From the NCBI GenBank assembly GCA_951406725.2, contig OX597826.1, positions 60,160,001-60,284,000 on the forward strand: 124,000 nucleotides of DNA. Reading direction: 5' to 3'. Positions 105,629 to 122,237 of this stretch are shown here, piece by piece. Position numbers and translations under genes: made by a program. Under the pieces are notes generated by a model. That model searched no databases and was not told the origin of the DNA. It saw nothing but the letters and a program-made list of their open reading frames with translations. How positions within the stretch are numbered: position 1 is the first letter of the stretch; the number at the start of each line of letters is the position of its first letter. Origin of the DNA: Octopus vulgaris. Its lineage: Eukaryota.

Positions 105629-106563
105629 ACTAGCTTTATTTTTTATGATCACTTATAGTTTTACAAAAATATATCGAACTAAATAATGGATTGTTACATA
105701 TAATACATGATTATACATAATTCTCAAACAACGGCTACTAATATCGAATCCAGTGTTGTTCGATTCGAGAATATTGATGATGCTGAAAAAGTTTCTGTCT
105801 TTTAAAAACGATTGTCGTTGTTGATGTAGGTACAGCTGCTGCTGCTGCTGCTGTGGTTGGTGTTGTTATTGACGTTTAGTTGCTGATCAATACTGAATGA
105901 AGAATACAAATGAGCAAGAGCATTAAAGCCGTGAATATGCTAGTCTTTTCATTTGTGTTTATTTGATTTCCCTATTGTGTTCTGTGTGAATTTTCTTTCA
106001 ATCTCTTACTTTAGAGCGTTAATGCATGGATTAAGACGGATATACATGCTATATCAGCGATAGGGTGATATCAACAGGAGGGTCTCTTCCTTTAGAATTG
106101 CTACCCTTTTTGTCAGGTTCCCCAGTTCAGTGAGTAACAAAGAGAAATCACATGCCGCAACGGAATTGGTATCAAGAATGCCATATTACATCATGAAGTG
106201 CCGAGAATATACTTCTGTCATTAAGACGTGTTTTTGTTTCATTGAACAAGATGTTTCAACAAATTCGAGTTTCTTCTTCGATTGGATACACACGTCTTTT
106301 ACTACAGATTTGGGACGCACATGAATTATCTTCTCCTTGAGAAAAGAACCTTAAGTGGGATTCATATGACCAGTCTCAAAGTTATGCTTTTCTTGCTGAT
106401 ACGAAGTCACCTCCTAAAACCAAAAAGAAAGAAAAGAAATTGCATCAATATACATATACGCATATATAGCACTATATACATGCATGAGTGCGTTTGTGTG
106501 AGTGTTTATGTTTAAGTAGTGATATAATGAATATTCCATGTGTGTATACTAAACATACATACA

Positions 106564-106624
<61 letters not shown>

Positions 106625-106655
106625 ATGTATCTATATATGTAAGGATATATCTATG

Positions 106656-106690
<35 letters not shown>

Positions 106691-106815
106691 ATGTATATAA
106701 ATTAAAGAAGAACCACTACGTAGCAATTCAACAATAGTATACTTAAATCATAATTTAGTATTACTAAATTGATTTTTTCCCTGTAAATTGGAAACATATT
106801 CCCTAATATCATTAA

Positions 106816-106867
<52 letters not shown>

Positions 106868-107139
106868 AATATAATAATAAGAGTAAATAATTTCTTTAAT
106901 GGTTTTTAATAAAACCAACAATTATTTACAGGTAGATTTAGGGATGTAAATATAACTATTAACGGGAGGAACTTCTGTAAAGTTCAGTATATATATGTTG
107001 TATATAAATAAAAGGGGCAGGCAACAGGTTGCTTGGCCGCATACCGAAAAATTAAAAATGGCAGCAAAAATAGAAATAAACAGTCTATGGATGTCATTTC
107101 TAATTTTTCGGTATGCGGCCAAGCAACCTATTGCCTGCC

Positions 107140-107174
<35 letters not shown>

Positions 107175-107204
107175 ATAGATAGATAGACAGACAAACAGAC
107201 AGAG

Positions 107205-107348
<144 letters not shown>

Positions 107349-107529
107349 GTAGATATAGATTTATTCAAAGATATTGGATGCAGCTGTGCATCGTCCACCA
107401 GATGGAGGAGATGTCCTCCTCTTGAGTTTAAAAAATCGCAGTAAAATCCGTTCTAACAGAACAGGCATGTGGAAGTGGGTACCTCTTACTGCGATCACCC
107501 CTTAGAGAGATTTTAGAACTAGCTTTTAG

Positions 107530-107631
<102 letters not shown>

Positions 107632-107649
107632 CTATATATATATATATAT

Positions 107650-108399
107650 ATATAATTAATCAATATAGGGTGGCAAAAAAATTCGCAGAATTTTTTTGCC
107701 ACCAGCGGCCTAGTGGGAAAAAAATTAAATAGTCATAGACCATTTATAAATTCAACAGCAAAATCAAGGAACGGCCATAATAGACCATTCACCCACTAGA
107801 AATAACAGCCAAGGCTTCAACCGCAAAACAACATTAATTCCATAAACCAGGAGAAAATTAAAAAAACATTTACCCTGTAATTCTTTATACGATGCACCGT
107901 TTCTTCTATTGTTTAATGGTAAACTAACCTGATTAAATTAAATCAAGCTAGTCTTCCATAGGCCGATAGAATCGTCAGTAAAGAACAGCCAGATCGGAGC
108001 AGATATTTACACGAGGCACTTCTACTACTGTCTCGGCAATATCTGACCTAAAATGTTCAAATCATCGCACTCGCGCCAAATTTACCGGCAGCAAATATAA
108101 GCCGCCGATTCCATTACGGAATTAACCAGAAAATTCATAATTAATCAATATAGGGTGGCAAAAAATTTCACAGAATTTTCTTGCCACCAGCGGCCTAGTG
108201 GGAAAAAATTGATTTAATTTAATCAGGTTAGTTTACCATTAAACAATAGAAGAAACGGTGCATCGTATAAAGAATTACAGGGTAAATGTTTTTTTAATTT
108301 TCTCCTGGTTTATGGAATTAATGTTGTTTTGCGGTTGAAGCCTTGGCTGTTATTTCTAGTGGGTGAATGGTCTATTATGGCCGTTCCTTGATTTTGCTG
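107650..108399. mobile_element. Rearranged hairpin-ended element (Helentron/MITE-like) with a 191-bp perfect inversion
   Basis: GGTGGCAAAAAAATTCGCAGAATTTTTTTGCCACC hairpin present twice; 107756-107946 is the reverse complement of 108209-108399. Confidence 0.75.
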
Positions 108400-108936
<537 letters not shown>

Positions 108937-109506
108937 ATATATATATATATAAGTGTGCATATATATAAATATATATTTAGATACATACACACACACACAC
109001 CTACTGTATGTGTCTATGTATATACAGAGAGTGATGATGAATATTTCTTTACATTTATGGCTATTTAGGTTATTGTCGTCCTTGTTATTGTTTATCAGTT
109101 CGTTTATGTTTCTGTTTCTTACTTTTGCTTACGTGTTAAATGAGTTCACCGATTTGAATGTATCTAACGTGTTCGATACTGTTCGATGTGTTTGAAGATT
109201 AATTAGCGACACACAGACTTTTGGCGAGAGACATTTAAATACGTTATGTAGCATGAAGCAAAAGAAACAAAAAAAATTAATAAAATAAAACGTTCAATAA
109301 ATAGCTATTACAGGCGAACAAAATCGATTATGTGAATTCGCGAGTCTTTCAATATGACGCGTGGAATGTATGTGTTTATATGTAATATATGTATGTATGT
109401 ACATGTATATATGTGTGTGTATGTGTGTGTATGAAGGCAGAGAGATACATGTGTGTGCACGTATGTATGGATATATACATATATATATATATATATATAT
109501 TTATAC

Positions 109507-109537
<31 letters not shown>

Positions 109538-109542
109538 CACAC

Positions 109543-109614
<72 letters not shown>

Positions 109615-110153
109615 TGATAGATAGATAGATAGACAGACACGTATATATGTATACACATATTCATAACATATGTATATAGATTGCGGGGAAGAAAGAGGGA
109701 AAGGGAGGGAATAGTTAGGGTGAAAGCTCTGAGTGATATTACACGAGATAAAAAATCGTTTGATAAGGCCAAAACAACGAAAAATGAAGTTCAAAGCGAA
109801 AAACAAAGTGAAAACGGAAGCGTTCTTAGAGATTTACCTTACATTTCGATATTTTGGTTTATGACCCGTCCCTCAGAAGATGGACAAGAATGAAGGATGG
109901 AATGAGTCGTTGCTTACATACGTGGGAGAGAACAGTGATATGCGCATTGGTGTTGTTATAATAGTTAGTCGGGTTCTCTTTTCTCTTGTTTAGTGCTGGC
110001 ATATATCAATAGATGGATTCGTTGATTCTAAGTCTGCGATGAGTGGCCCCCGATAGATGCAGTGAAAACCTAGTTCAGGTACTTTGAACCAAATTAGTTT
110101 TAGCTAATGTACTCATACTTATATATATGTATATATTTACATAAGTACATATA

Positions 110154-110486
<333 letters not shown>

Positions 110487-110970
110487 AAAACACACACACA
110501 CACTCGTATATGTGTGTATTCATGTAAGAATGTGTGTATGTAATGTGAAATGTACTATGTATATTTAGAAAAAAGATATAGCGAGAGACAAAGAAAGAGA
110601 GAGCGAGCGAGCGAAAAAGAATGAGTGAGAGAGACAATGTCAGCGAGGGGCCTCACATTGCAATGATTAAAATAAATCTAAATTTAAAACCTAACTTGAA
110701 GACATTAATTTATTTAACGACTCATTTGGTGGAAAATTAATCTGTCGCATTATAGTGTCGCAAGCGCGTATCCAAACACCTAGGCATTAAAGATGCGACA
110801 GTTGAAACAGTAAAATATAGTATTTACATACCAAGGCTGTCTAATTCTCAGAAACTTTAGTGTCTTTAATCCTTTCATTCTAATATTTTCCTTGTCACAG
110901 ACTCCTCTGCTTACATATATATTTTTTATTATTTCAGAGCTCATTTCTCTATATATGTATACATATATAC

Positions 110971-111067
<97 letters not shown>

Positions 111068-111175
111068 AATAGCTTTCTATGTATGTTTTTATGTATGTAT
111101 GTATGTATGTATGTATGTATGTATGTATGTATGTATGTATGTATCTATCTTTCTATCTATCTATCTCTCTATCTA

Positions 111176-111285
<110 letters not shown>

Positions 111286-111339
111286 AATAGCTTTCTATGT
111301 ATGTTTTTATGTATGCGTGTATGTATGTATGTATGTATG

Positions 111340-111384
<45 letters not shown>

Positions 111385-111402
111385 CTCTCTCTCTCTCTCT
111401 CT

Positions 111403-111439
<37 letters not shown>

Positions 111440-111443
<4 letters not shown>

Positions 111444-112485
111444 CGGGAAGCTTTATGAAAATAAACAAAAGACGAAGGCAGGTGGAAAACAAACGAACAA
111501 TTGTATTAGTATGGCGCTCAGGAAATATAAATAAAACAAGTCTTTAACGTTTCGAGCCTACGCTCTTCAACAGAAAGATACACAGAGAGAGAAAAACACA
111601 GAAAGCAGGAGAGAAAAAAAATGCGTGCAGTAGCTAACGAATCAACATGGCGATCTGATTTCGGCCAGAGGTCAAAGATCAAACATGAGACGCGAGAGCG
111701 AAATAAGGGGAGATAATAGGGTTGATAAAAGGGTTGAGGGACCAGCTAATAGTGCGTAGGAGGGGTCTGGATGTGTGTATGTATAGGGTTGGTGTATGTA
111801 TTAGTATGTATAAGGGTGTCTGTGTGTGTGTGTGTGTGTGTGTGTATGAGAGAGTATTAGTGCGTAGGATTGGTCTGGACGTGCGTATGTATGGGGTTGG
111901 TGTATGTATTAGTATGTATTAGTATGTATTAGTACGTATTGGTATGTATAAGTGTGTGTGTGTGTGTATGAGAGAGTATAAGTGCGTATGCGGGGTCTGG
112001 ACGTGTGTATGTATAGGGTTGGTGTATGTATTAGTATGTACTAGTATGTATTAGTACGTATTAGTATGTATTAGTTGGCGTGTGTATTAGTATGGCACAT
112101 CATATGTGATGTGATGTGTAAAGTCATGTGGTGTAGTGAGGAGAAGAGGGGGAGGGGAGAAGAGGGGGGAGAGAAGGGGAGGGGAAGAATAGGGGGAGGA
112201 GAGGATGGGGGAGGAGGGGGATGAAGGAGGAAAGAGGAAGAGGGAGAGAGAAGGGGAGAGAGAGAAGGGGAGAGAGAGAAGGGGAGAGAGGGAGTGAGGG
112301 AGCAGAGGGAAGGGGAAGAGGGAGGGAGAAAGAGGGAAGAAGGGAAGGGGAGTAGGGGTGAAAGGATGAAGGACTGAAGAAGTAGGGGTCGGGGGTAAAG
112401 GATAGGTGAGGAGGGCGGAGAGGGGGGTTAGATGAGGAGGGGGGGAGAGTTGAGACCAAATGGCGTATAAGAGCGAATATATATA
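111440..112485 (-). mobile_element. PLE 3' end: endonuclease C-terminal stub, CT-rich UTR, hammerhead (111542-111577)
   Basis: The minus strand at ~112485 reads YIRSYTPFGLN (TLxPxGLN-like). It is followed by a polypyrimidine tract, three tandem ~110-130 bp units and the same hammerhead unit as 5385-5585. Confidence 0.55.
112135..112452 (+). repeat. Purine-rich G/A tract
   Basis: About 320 bp of almost only G and A with many G3-G6 runs. Confidence 0.85.
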
Positions 112486-112499
112486 TATTCTTTTATTCC

Positions 112500-112930
112500 T
112501 TTATTATTTTATTTGTTTCAGTCATTTGACTGCGGCCTATCCTGGAGTACCGCCTTTAGTCGAGGAAATCGACCCCAGAACTTATTCTTTGTAAGCCTAG
112601 TACTTATTCTATCGGCCTCTTTTGCCGAACCGCTAAGTTACAAGGACCTAAAGACACCAGCATCTGTTTTCAAGCGATGTTGCGGGGGGCAAACACAGAC
112701 ACACAAACATATACGCACGCACACACACACACATACATTCACACACACATACATGTATATATAAATATATATATATATATTCGACAGGCTTCTTTCAGTT
112801 TCCCTCTACCAAATCCACTCACAAGGCTTCGGTCGGCCCGAAGCTATAGTAGAAGACACTTGCCCATGGTGCCACGCAGTGGGACTGAACCCGGAAGCAT
112901 GTGGTTGGTAAGCAACCAACTTACCACATG
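112500..112930 (-). mobile_element. SINE family B
   Basis: Matches the consensus. Confidence 0.8.
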
Positions 112931-113540
112931 CATACATGCATATGCATTTACATAAGTACATATACTTATATGTATAATAAATTCCATTCCCACTTCCATT
113001 CACTTCTCTACCTGTTTCCATCTTTCTTGCTTTGATTTGTTACTGAGATCTGTCTCTCTTGTTTTCTACTACCTTACTTCTATTCCAACGTTTGTTTTTT
113101 ACTTATATTTTGTCTGTATATTCTACATGTCAATTATCATTAAATGAATGCATTCTGTTTTTATACCCAGGAATTCATGATATACTTCTTTTGCTTTCAT
113201 ACAATATATATCCCACCGCTTGCATACGTATTTCTTTTAGATATCTCTTCTTACTTTTCTGACCTACTCATATTTTTCGTTCCATAACTTCCATACATTA
113301 GGTTTCTTACACAAAAACGGTAGCGATTTATATCATGACATTTTTTTCACATAACTATATATCATGATGCTCCCTCTATCTCCCTCTCTCCTACTTTACC
113401 CCTCTATAACTTTGTATGTATGTATGAATGGATGTATGTAAGTTTGTATATATGTATTTATGTATGTATATATGAGTATGTATATTTTCGGCTTCGGGTC
113501 AAAGTTTACAACCATTATTGCTGTTATTATTATTATTATA

Positions 113541-113595
<55 letters not shown>

Positions 113596-114478
113596 GAATA
113601 TTCTTCAGGTTGAGTAGCCCAACCTGCTCAAAAGTTTATCATTATGGAATTAATGAGTAGGGAAATTGCGATTTATAGAAATTACCCCTGCAATTACTAG
113701 ACACGTTCTCCCACTCAAGGTGGTTATAATCAACATCGCCACCAGTGAACAAACCAGATAACCACAATATGCTCAGCCAAGTGAGCATCCCTTAAAAATA
113801 AAACGGGATTGAGATATTTGTACGTTGTTTTCACCAGTTACTTTTACAGAAAGGGACCGCATCCATCTGTATTATGGTTATTGTCAAAATCATCAATTTG
113901 CCTGAACATATTGAACATATTACATTTGCTCTTAGTCTTTAGAATTTTAAACAACCTTAGAGAGTATACGCTTGAATGAACTCAGATAATTCAGTTTTAA
114001 ATGCAGAAATAAACTCAATCAACGAGATACAACAAAGTATATTAAATGTGTTGCAACCTATAGCGTTTCCTTTGAATATGTAGAACACTACCAGAAGGTA
114101 TTACCTCTGCCACTTATTATGATTGTTTATAATTGTGTATCTACTAGTGTATTTGTGCATGTTTGTCACTCAATAGTTTTAAGATGGCGTATGTTTTGTG
114201 TATGCCCAGTAGTTGTATTTTTACGTTCATGCATGATTTACGAAACAGAAAACCGTACGCTCGAAAGACTTAACTATGTTTTTGTTACTAAAAAAAGGTT
114301 TTATTTTCATGTTATTTTCAGTATCATTCCTTAAATATACGAAACCGCAAGGTATGTACTTATAAACACATATTCCCTACATCTCTCTGTTACTCATATA
114401 CACACAAAAACACACACATGTATTATTTGTGTGCATAAATATACCTGTTTCTCTTCCATTCTCTTTCTGTCTATATGT

Positions 114479-114509
<31 letters not shown>

Positions 114510-116045
114510 CATTCTTTCTCTCTTCAGACACGCACATTCTCCCGTATATATATATATATATATATATATATGTAGAAGGTTGAAAAGAAACACAGTTGAT
114601 ATATATGGAAAAAGTCATGATAGAAAATGCTAAAATAATTATCTAAAAATTATTTCAGTACCGGTTCCAATCATTGGGACCTTTTGAACTATATTTATGG
114701 AAAACAATTAAATTTTGGAAAAAATTGAAATTTTCCAAGATTTAATTGTTTTCCATACTTACAGTTGAAAAAGGAACAAACTGAGGAAAAGAATGTAATT
114801 GTTTATATAATTTTTGTTGCAGTTACACGTAGGATAAGACTTACATATATAAATTAAATATAGACATATTCTATTGACAATCAAATAATATATTTATATT
114901 ACGATTACATTAAATTCTACGAATATAATATATAACGTAACATATTATATAATATAAACAATTATAAAAGCCAAAAAAGGCCAACAAATTGTTTCAACGT
115001 ATTTATATCTTTCCTAATATACATAATCATAGTTCCATTATATATATAGTAACTTCCGTTTCTTTGGTTTAGAAAAAGACGAAATTCCATGTGAAAGGAC
115101 GGCTGGATTTTAGAAATTAATTCAAATGTCTGTGTTATGAGTGTGGGCGTTAACTATTCTACCACACATCAATTACAATTAAATAAATAACAAAAACACT
115201 TCAATGGGCGAAAGAATCAAGTAAGTGCAATCCACAACCTTCGAAATTAATTTCAATCGTCGCAATTAATTTCATTATATCTCAAACACATACCAATTGA
115301 AACCCTTTCATGTCCAAGATAGCCGCTTGTCATCACAACATACAACAATAAAATGTGTGTGTATAAATGTATACAATTAAGTATCTAAGTCTTCTCCAAC
115401 GTGTAACTGCAACAAAAAATATATGAACAAATATATTATTTTCCTCGGTGTGCTGCTTTTATATACATACATACATACATACATACATACATACATACGC
115501 GCACACACAGACACATAGGTATGCATGCACGTATGTAAATATATCTTTAGAGATAGCGGACGATTTTCTTTTTCGGTGGGGCAGAGACGGAAATTCAAAT
115601 AAAATATTTAAGAAACTGGTCTTAATGTGAAGCATTGTAGTCGAACTTCATCGTTCTGAGTTCCAACACCAAAAGATTCAAGGTCATCACAAATTTAGAT
115701 AAACATCATCGGGACAGGAACTAGAACTATTGACTATTAAGTTACTTCCCCTATTGTGACGCAAGATATAGTTATGGAAGTAGTACTTTTTTGCTCCATA
115801 GACTATAAGTATAGTTGGAAATTCCATAGTTGATTTGAATAGTGTAAGGCGATTGGATGTAGTGTATACAAAACTACTGACTATGTAATCTTTCTCAAAA
115901 TACAATTTTGTCTAAAACATTTAACTGTCCGTATATATACTATTTTCCTTGTTACATACTTATACCCGCTTGTAACTTAAGAGATTTTATCTGTCATTAA
116001 TCACTTTGCATCAAAATGTAAGCAAACCTTACAAAATGTAAAGCA

Positions 116046-116456
116046 TTGGAGTGGCTGCGTGGTAGTAGCTTGCTTACCAACTACATGGTTTTGGGTTCAG
116101 TCCCACTGCGTGGCACGTTGGGCAAGTCCCTTCTACTATAGCCTCAGGCCGACCAAAGCCTTGTGAGTGGATTTGGTAGATGGAAACTGATAGAAGCCCG
116201 TCGTATATATATATATATATGTATGTGTGTGTATACGTTTGTGTCTGTGTTTGTCCCCTAAAAACCGCTTGACAACCGATGCTGATGTGTTACGTCCCCG
116301 TAACTTAGAGGTTCGTCAGAAGAGACCGATAGCGTAAGTACTAGGCTTACAAAGAGTAAGTCCTGGGGTCGATTTGCTCGACTAAAGGCGGTGCTCCAGC
116401 ATGGCCACAGTCAAATGACTAAAGCAAGTAAAAGAATAAAAGAATAAAAGAATAAA
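116046..116456 (+). mobile_element. SINE family B
   Basis: Matches the consensus; (AAAGAAT)n tail. Confidence 0.85.
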
Positions 116457-117032
116457 CCTCTCGCCTTCCATTTTCGTGTCTTCTTTTCTATATGGTTTTC
116501 ATCATATTTATTTTGCGTGGTCAGTATAAATTCTGCCTCTAAATTCTTTCTTTGTATCATCTGTTATTCTGTATTTCATTCTCTATTCCTATCAAATCTT
116601 CTTTCTACCTTTTCATTAAGTCTGCAGTTTCCTCCTCTCTCTCTCTCTTCTCATCCATTTCTCTATCACATCTTTGCTCCTGCACCAATATCAATTCTCG
116701 CGCCATTGCCAGTGTCTCCGCTACCATCAATAACATGACTGCCCACTGTTTACTTCCTGTGTATGAGTTGCTTACATAAAAGTGACGTTGGAATGAACTA
116801 TTGTATTCGTAGAAAAGATGGAAAATACATTTTTCAATAATACTCAAATATATATTGATATACTGCTTTGAAAACGTGTTTCTATATGGTTATCTATCTG
116901 CCTGTTTGTCTGTCTGTCTGCCTGCCTTTCTCTCTGTCTCTCTATCTATCTATCTGATTGCCTGTCAGTCTGTGTGTCTGTATTCCTGTCTAAAGCTCTC
117001 CCTCACCTGTCTGTCTTTTCTCTCTCTTTCTT

Positions 117033-117091
<59 letters not shown>

Positions 117092-117136
117092 ATATATATA
117101 TGTGAGTTTATCTATATCTCTGTATATATCTATATC

Positions 117137-117202
<66 letters not shown>

Positions 117203-118488
117203 CATATATATATGCATGTATTTGCGTGCGTGTTGTTTTCATATTATTGTTTTTAATATTACTCGTTATATTTTGTTTTAAAGTCAGACTTCTCGCTGTT
117301 ATGTAATATTTTGTGTGCATTGTGTATGTATGCACATATGTATAAGATATATGTAAATATGTGGACGTATATATATGTTGTAGATATGTTGGTATGTATG
117401 TTGTATACGTCCGTATGCATATATTCAAGGTAGTGTTGTTTTCGTGTAAGACAATGGACGCTTCAAAATGTTTTTTAGTAGCTTCTTATGTGGTGTGGTA
117501 TCTAAATCTAAACTTATTTTCTTCGGCTTTTACAGTGTCACCTCATACACAAATGCATGTCTGCACGCGTTTAAATTCAGACATATAGATATAGAGGGAC
117601 ATAATTATTGTAATCCAGTTAGAACGTAGATATAAAAGGAAATGTGAGAGAACTATAAGGGGAAAATGGTAAGTAATTTGCCAAGAAAATCAATCGAGAC
117701 TGTGGGCGATGGTCTATATATTTAACAAGTGTTTCTCAAAGAGTCTAGATTTTTCCGACATATTGGACATATTTCAATTGAGTTCTGTCTCGGGTAATTT
117801 TTAAAGAATACTCACCTATTATTGTTTTTGTAAGATCTTCATACTTCCACAATTTTCTATTTCGTACCTTAGACCTAAACGCCGTCTGTTTATCATGGGA
117901 TGTATTCAAGTATTTTTGTGATTATCCTAGCTTTTAGGTAAGAATGGCTATAGTATCCTAGGCGAAATTTCTTTCTGTAAACTAGAGATGGTTTGATATA
118001 GGTTAACGCAGTTTTGTAATAGCTTCTGAATTACAGGACATATTAAGTGTTCGAAAAATTTGTTTCAACATAAGCAAAATATATTTTATAAGCATGAAGA
118101 TATACAGTTTCTATTAGTTGTACAACTTGAGGTCTTTGAACTCGGAATCTATGCTTAAGATAATCAGAGACGTGTTTATTTTTATGAAATTCTTTTAAGC
118201 CATGGAAACATTAAATATAAACTTCGCTGAGAACATTGCTTTAAACGGAGAGATAATTCAGCACCGTCTTATCGTTGGAAGGCGTGTAAGTGCAGTTACA
118301 ACCAATTTTGCTTTTAAATCCGTTGCTTAGTAACTCATTGTTGCATTTGTATATTTGTCTTTCTATTTGTTGACAAACTATATAATTATCATCAAACTCC
118401 AAAAGCGAGTTCTAATGAATTTTTGATGTAAAATACCAGTGCTACACCTGCATTCAAGTGATAGTCTTTTGTTTATGCAATGTATGTT

Positions 118489-118520
<32 letters not shown>

Positions 118521-119009
118521 CGCGTGTATTTGTATGTATATATTTATTACATATGTACATATATACATATATACGTATAAACACACACTCACATATACAT
118601 ATATATGTATATGTATATATACGTACATATATATATAAATATATATATAATCCTGTATGTCTATGCATTCATATGCATATACATGTGCGCATGTGTGTTT
118701 GTGTGTATGTGTATGCGCGGTGTATGTGTGTGTGTGAGTGAATCATTGTGTGTGTGTGTGTGTCTGTGTATGTGTGTGTGAGTGTGTGTGTGTGCGAGTA
118801 CATCTATATGTATGTGTAACTATGCCTTAAATATCTTTGGAGTGTGGGATCAGTTGCATTTGCAGCATATGATGCAGCTATTTACACTCCCCGAATTCAA
118901 GGCATAGGCCGTGACAAGAAGACGCTTGGTAGCTGTTGCAGCTGCTACAGAACTGTACAGAGATCATTGGCCATTCTCGTAGAAGAGTAAGTTGTGAAGA
119001 AAGGACACA

Positions 119010-119135
119010 TTGAAACATTGGTAACTGCTCATATTCCTAAAAAAAACAGCTTGTTCATGTCATTATATGCATGTGCTATCAGCTATGTATATGCTTGCAT
119101 ACATATGTATATACGTACATACACACACATGTATA

Positions 119136-119166
<31 letters not shown>

Positions 119167-119253
119167 GTAAATATCTATATATATATATACATACTTATAT
119201 ATATATATACATATATATATATATGTAAATATCTATATATATATACATACATA

Positions 119254-119293
<40 letters not shown>

Positions 119294-119296
119294 TCC

Positions 119297-119344
<48 letters not shown>

Positions 119345-119389
119345 GTATATATATATGGATATTTACATATATATATATTTATATATACA

Positions 119390-119423
<34 letters not shown>

Positions 119424-119612
119424 AGTATGTATGTATATATATATATAGATATTTATATATATATATATATATATATATAAATATATATATACATGTGTGT
119501 GTATGTACGTATATACGTATGTATGCAAGCATGTACATACATGATAGCACATGCATATAATGACATGAACAAGCTGTTTCTTTAGGAATATGAGGAGTTA
119601 CCAATGCTTCAA
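119010..119612. repeat. Inverted repeat (~130-bp arms) around an AT-rich loop
   Basis: TTGAAACATTGGTAACTGCTCATATTCCTAAA...CAGCTTGTTCATGTCATT is mirrored at ~119475-119612. Confidence 0.8.
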
Positions 119613-119618
119613 CGTTTC

Positions 119619-119688
<70 letters not shown>

Positions 119689-119969
119689 GTGTATATATGT
119701 ATATATACATGTGGACAGCCATATGCTAGAAATAGATCCCCTATGATAAGACTACTGAATTTCTCTAGAGAATATTCTTTCTCTGTAGTTTGATCGTAAG
119801 TGATATATTTGAAAACAAATGGCTGTCCACATGGTGGTTTTTAAACCTTAAAATATACACATGTATTAGAATTTTCTCTATTTTTCAGATTTTTGTATGC
119901 TAGGCTACTGGTTTTAAATTGATATTAATTAAATTAATATTCAATTTAATTCCCACATTATTTAAATCT

Positions 119970-120046
<77 letters not shown>

Positions 120047-120903
120047 CATATATATATATACATATGTACATATATATACACATATACATACATATATAAA
120101 TATATGTGTGTGTTTGTGTGTGTGCGTGCGCGTGTGGACATATTTATAATTGCATCCACAGATGCAATTATCTGACGCCTTGGTATATACGCTCTATTAC
120201 TACTGGATTACCGAAACACTTAAGAGTTCGATATCCCAACACTTTGTCCTCAGCATCACCCATATTAACACCTACAACTCCCCTCACGCAAAACCTACAC
120301 AAACACCTCAGCGGCACACATGCGCACAATACACCTTTGCTCAAAACAATACGAAAGTTCGATCTCTTAACGAATATCAATACCGGAGTTAAAAGCCTCC
120401 TAAAAGGGTCTTTAAAAGACTCCTAATGACAGTCTTTGTCCTGGTAAGGGATTTGTTATTGCAGAAGACCTTTCCGTTAATCTTTATTCTGGTCTTGTAA
120501 CATTTACAGTTATAGTCCCAAACACTATGTACGTATGTATCGATATATATATATGTATGTAAGTATGCATGCATACGCACACAGAAACACACCCACACAT
120601 ATACCTATGTTCACATGTACCAACATACATATATGCACATATATTTATGCAACGATATACGTGCATACTTATACTTCTTATTAAACCATATTAAATGTTT
120701 CTTGACGGAAAGTACTAAGGTACTGAGTTACTTGCATTATAGATAATAGCAGCGAGTTCGTTTTATGTACGCGTATATGCACGCGAAATTATGTAATTAA
120801 ACACACAAACTCACACATATATGTATGTATGCTCTCTCTATATACGTGTGTGTTTGTGTGTGTGTGTTTGTGTGTGTGTGTATGTGTGTATCTATATATA
120901 TAC

Positions 120904-120952
<49 letters not shown>

Positions 120953-120987
120953 GGTCCCAGAGTAAATTAATTTATTTTATAGAAGGA

Positions 120988-121036
120988 GCTTCTACAGGAC
121001 TAGAACTGTTTCATTCAAAAGAAATCATCAGGAAGC
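120988..121036 (-). ncRNA. Type I hammerhead ribozyme candidate (inverted copy)
   Basis: Exact reverse complement of 122238-122286. Confidence 0.7.
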
Positions 121037-121805
121037 AAGTAGACAAGAGTTGTTTTGGTATTTATACATTTAGGCAGGTTTAAATGGGTTGTGGTGGGGG
121101 ACTTTTTTGGGGGTAGGCATGGCGCAAAACTGTCATTATTAGGGGAGTGGTCAAAGGAATCGGTGGTAAAGTAGATAAAAGAATAAATAAAAGAATAAAA
121201 AATAAAAATAAAAATAAAAGTAAAAATAAATATAAATATAAATGTGTGCATGTGTATATATGTATGAGTGTATATGTGTATGTATATGTATATGAATGTA
121301 TATGTGTATATATATATGTATATATATGTGTATATGTGTATGTATATGTATGTATGTGTATGTATGTGTACATGTATATGTGTATATATATTAATTAGTG
121401 TATATGTATGGACTAGTCTTATGTGGGTGTGTTGAGGTATGTATGTGTATGCGTGTATGTGAATATACGTGAATGTATGTAGATGTAGGCGTGTATGAAT
121501 ATAACTTGTGCGTGAGTGTACGTGTGGATGTGTGGGCGTGAGTAAGTGCTTGCGTTCGTATCAGTAAGTAGATAGAATAACAGAACCTTTAGAGATCCCT
121601 TGGGACAAGTTTGACCGGTCAAGATAAAAATAAAGATATAAACAAAAGTAGTTAATAAAATTAAAATAAGAGAATAAAGATGTGTGTGTATGTGCGTGCA
121701 TGTATATGCATATGTATATATATGTGCGAGTGGGTATACATATGTGTATGTATGTGTATGTGTTTGTGTATCTGTGTGTACGTACATGAGTATGTGTAGA
121801 TATAT

Positions 121806-121837
<32 letters not shown>

Positions 121838-122237
121838 ATGTGTATGTGTACGTATGTATGTGTATATATATATGTATGTATATGTGGGTATGTATGTATA
121901 TGTATAGATATATGTGAATAGGCGGGTGTGTATATGTGTATGTGTATATATATATATGTAGATGTACAAGTGAGAGTCTCCCCACTTACCTAAAACTTTT
122001 CTATTTATATTTTTTTATATATTTTTTGTTTTAATATTTATATTTATTTTTATTTATTTATTTATTTTTTTATTTTTATTCTTTTATTTATTCTTTTACC
122101 TACTTTACCACCGATTCCTTTGACCACTCCCCTAATAATGACAGTTTTGCGCCATGCCTACCCCCAAAAAAGTCCCCCCCCACCACCCATTTAAACCTGC
122201 CTAAATGTATAAATACCAAAACAACTCTTGTCTACTT

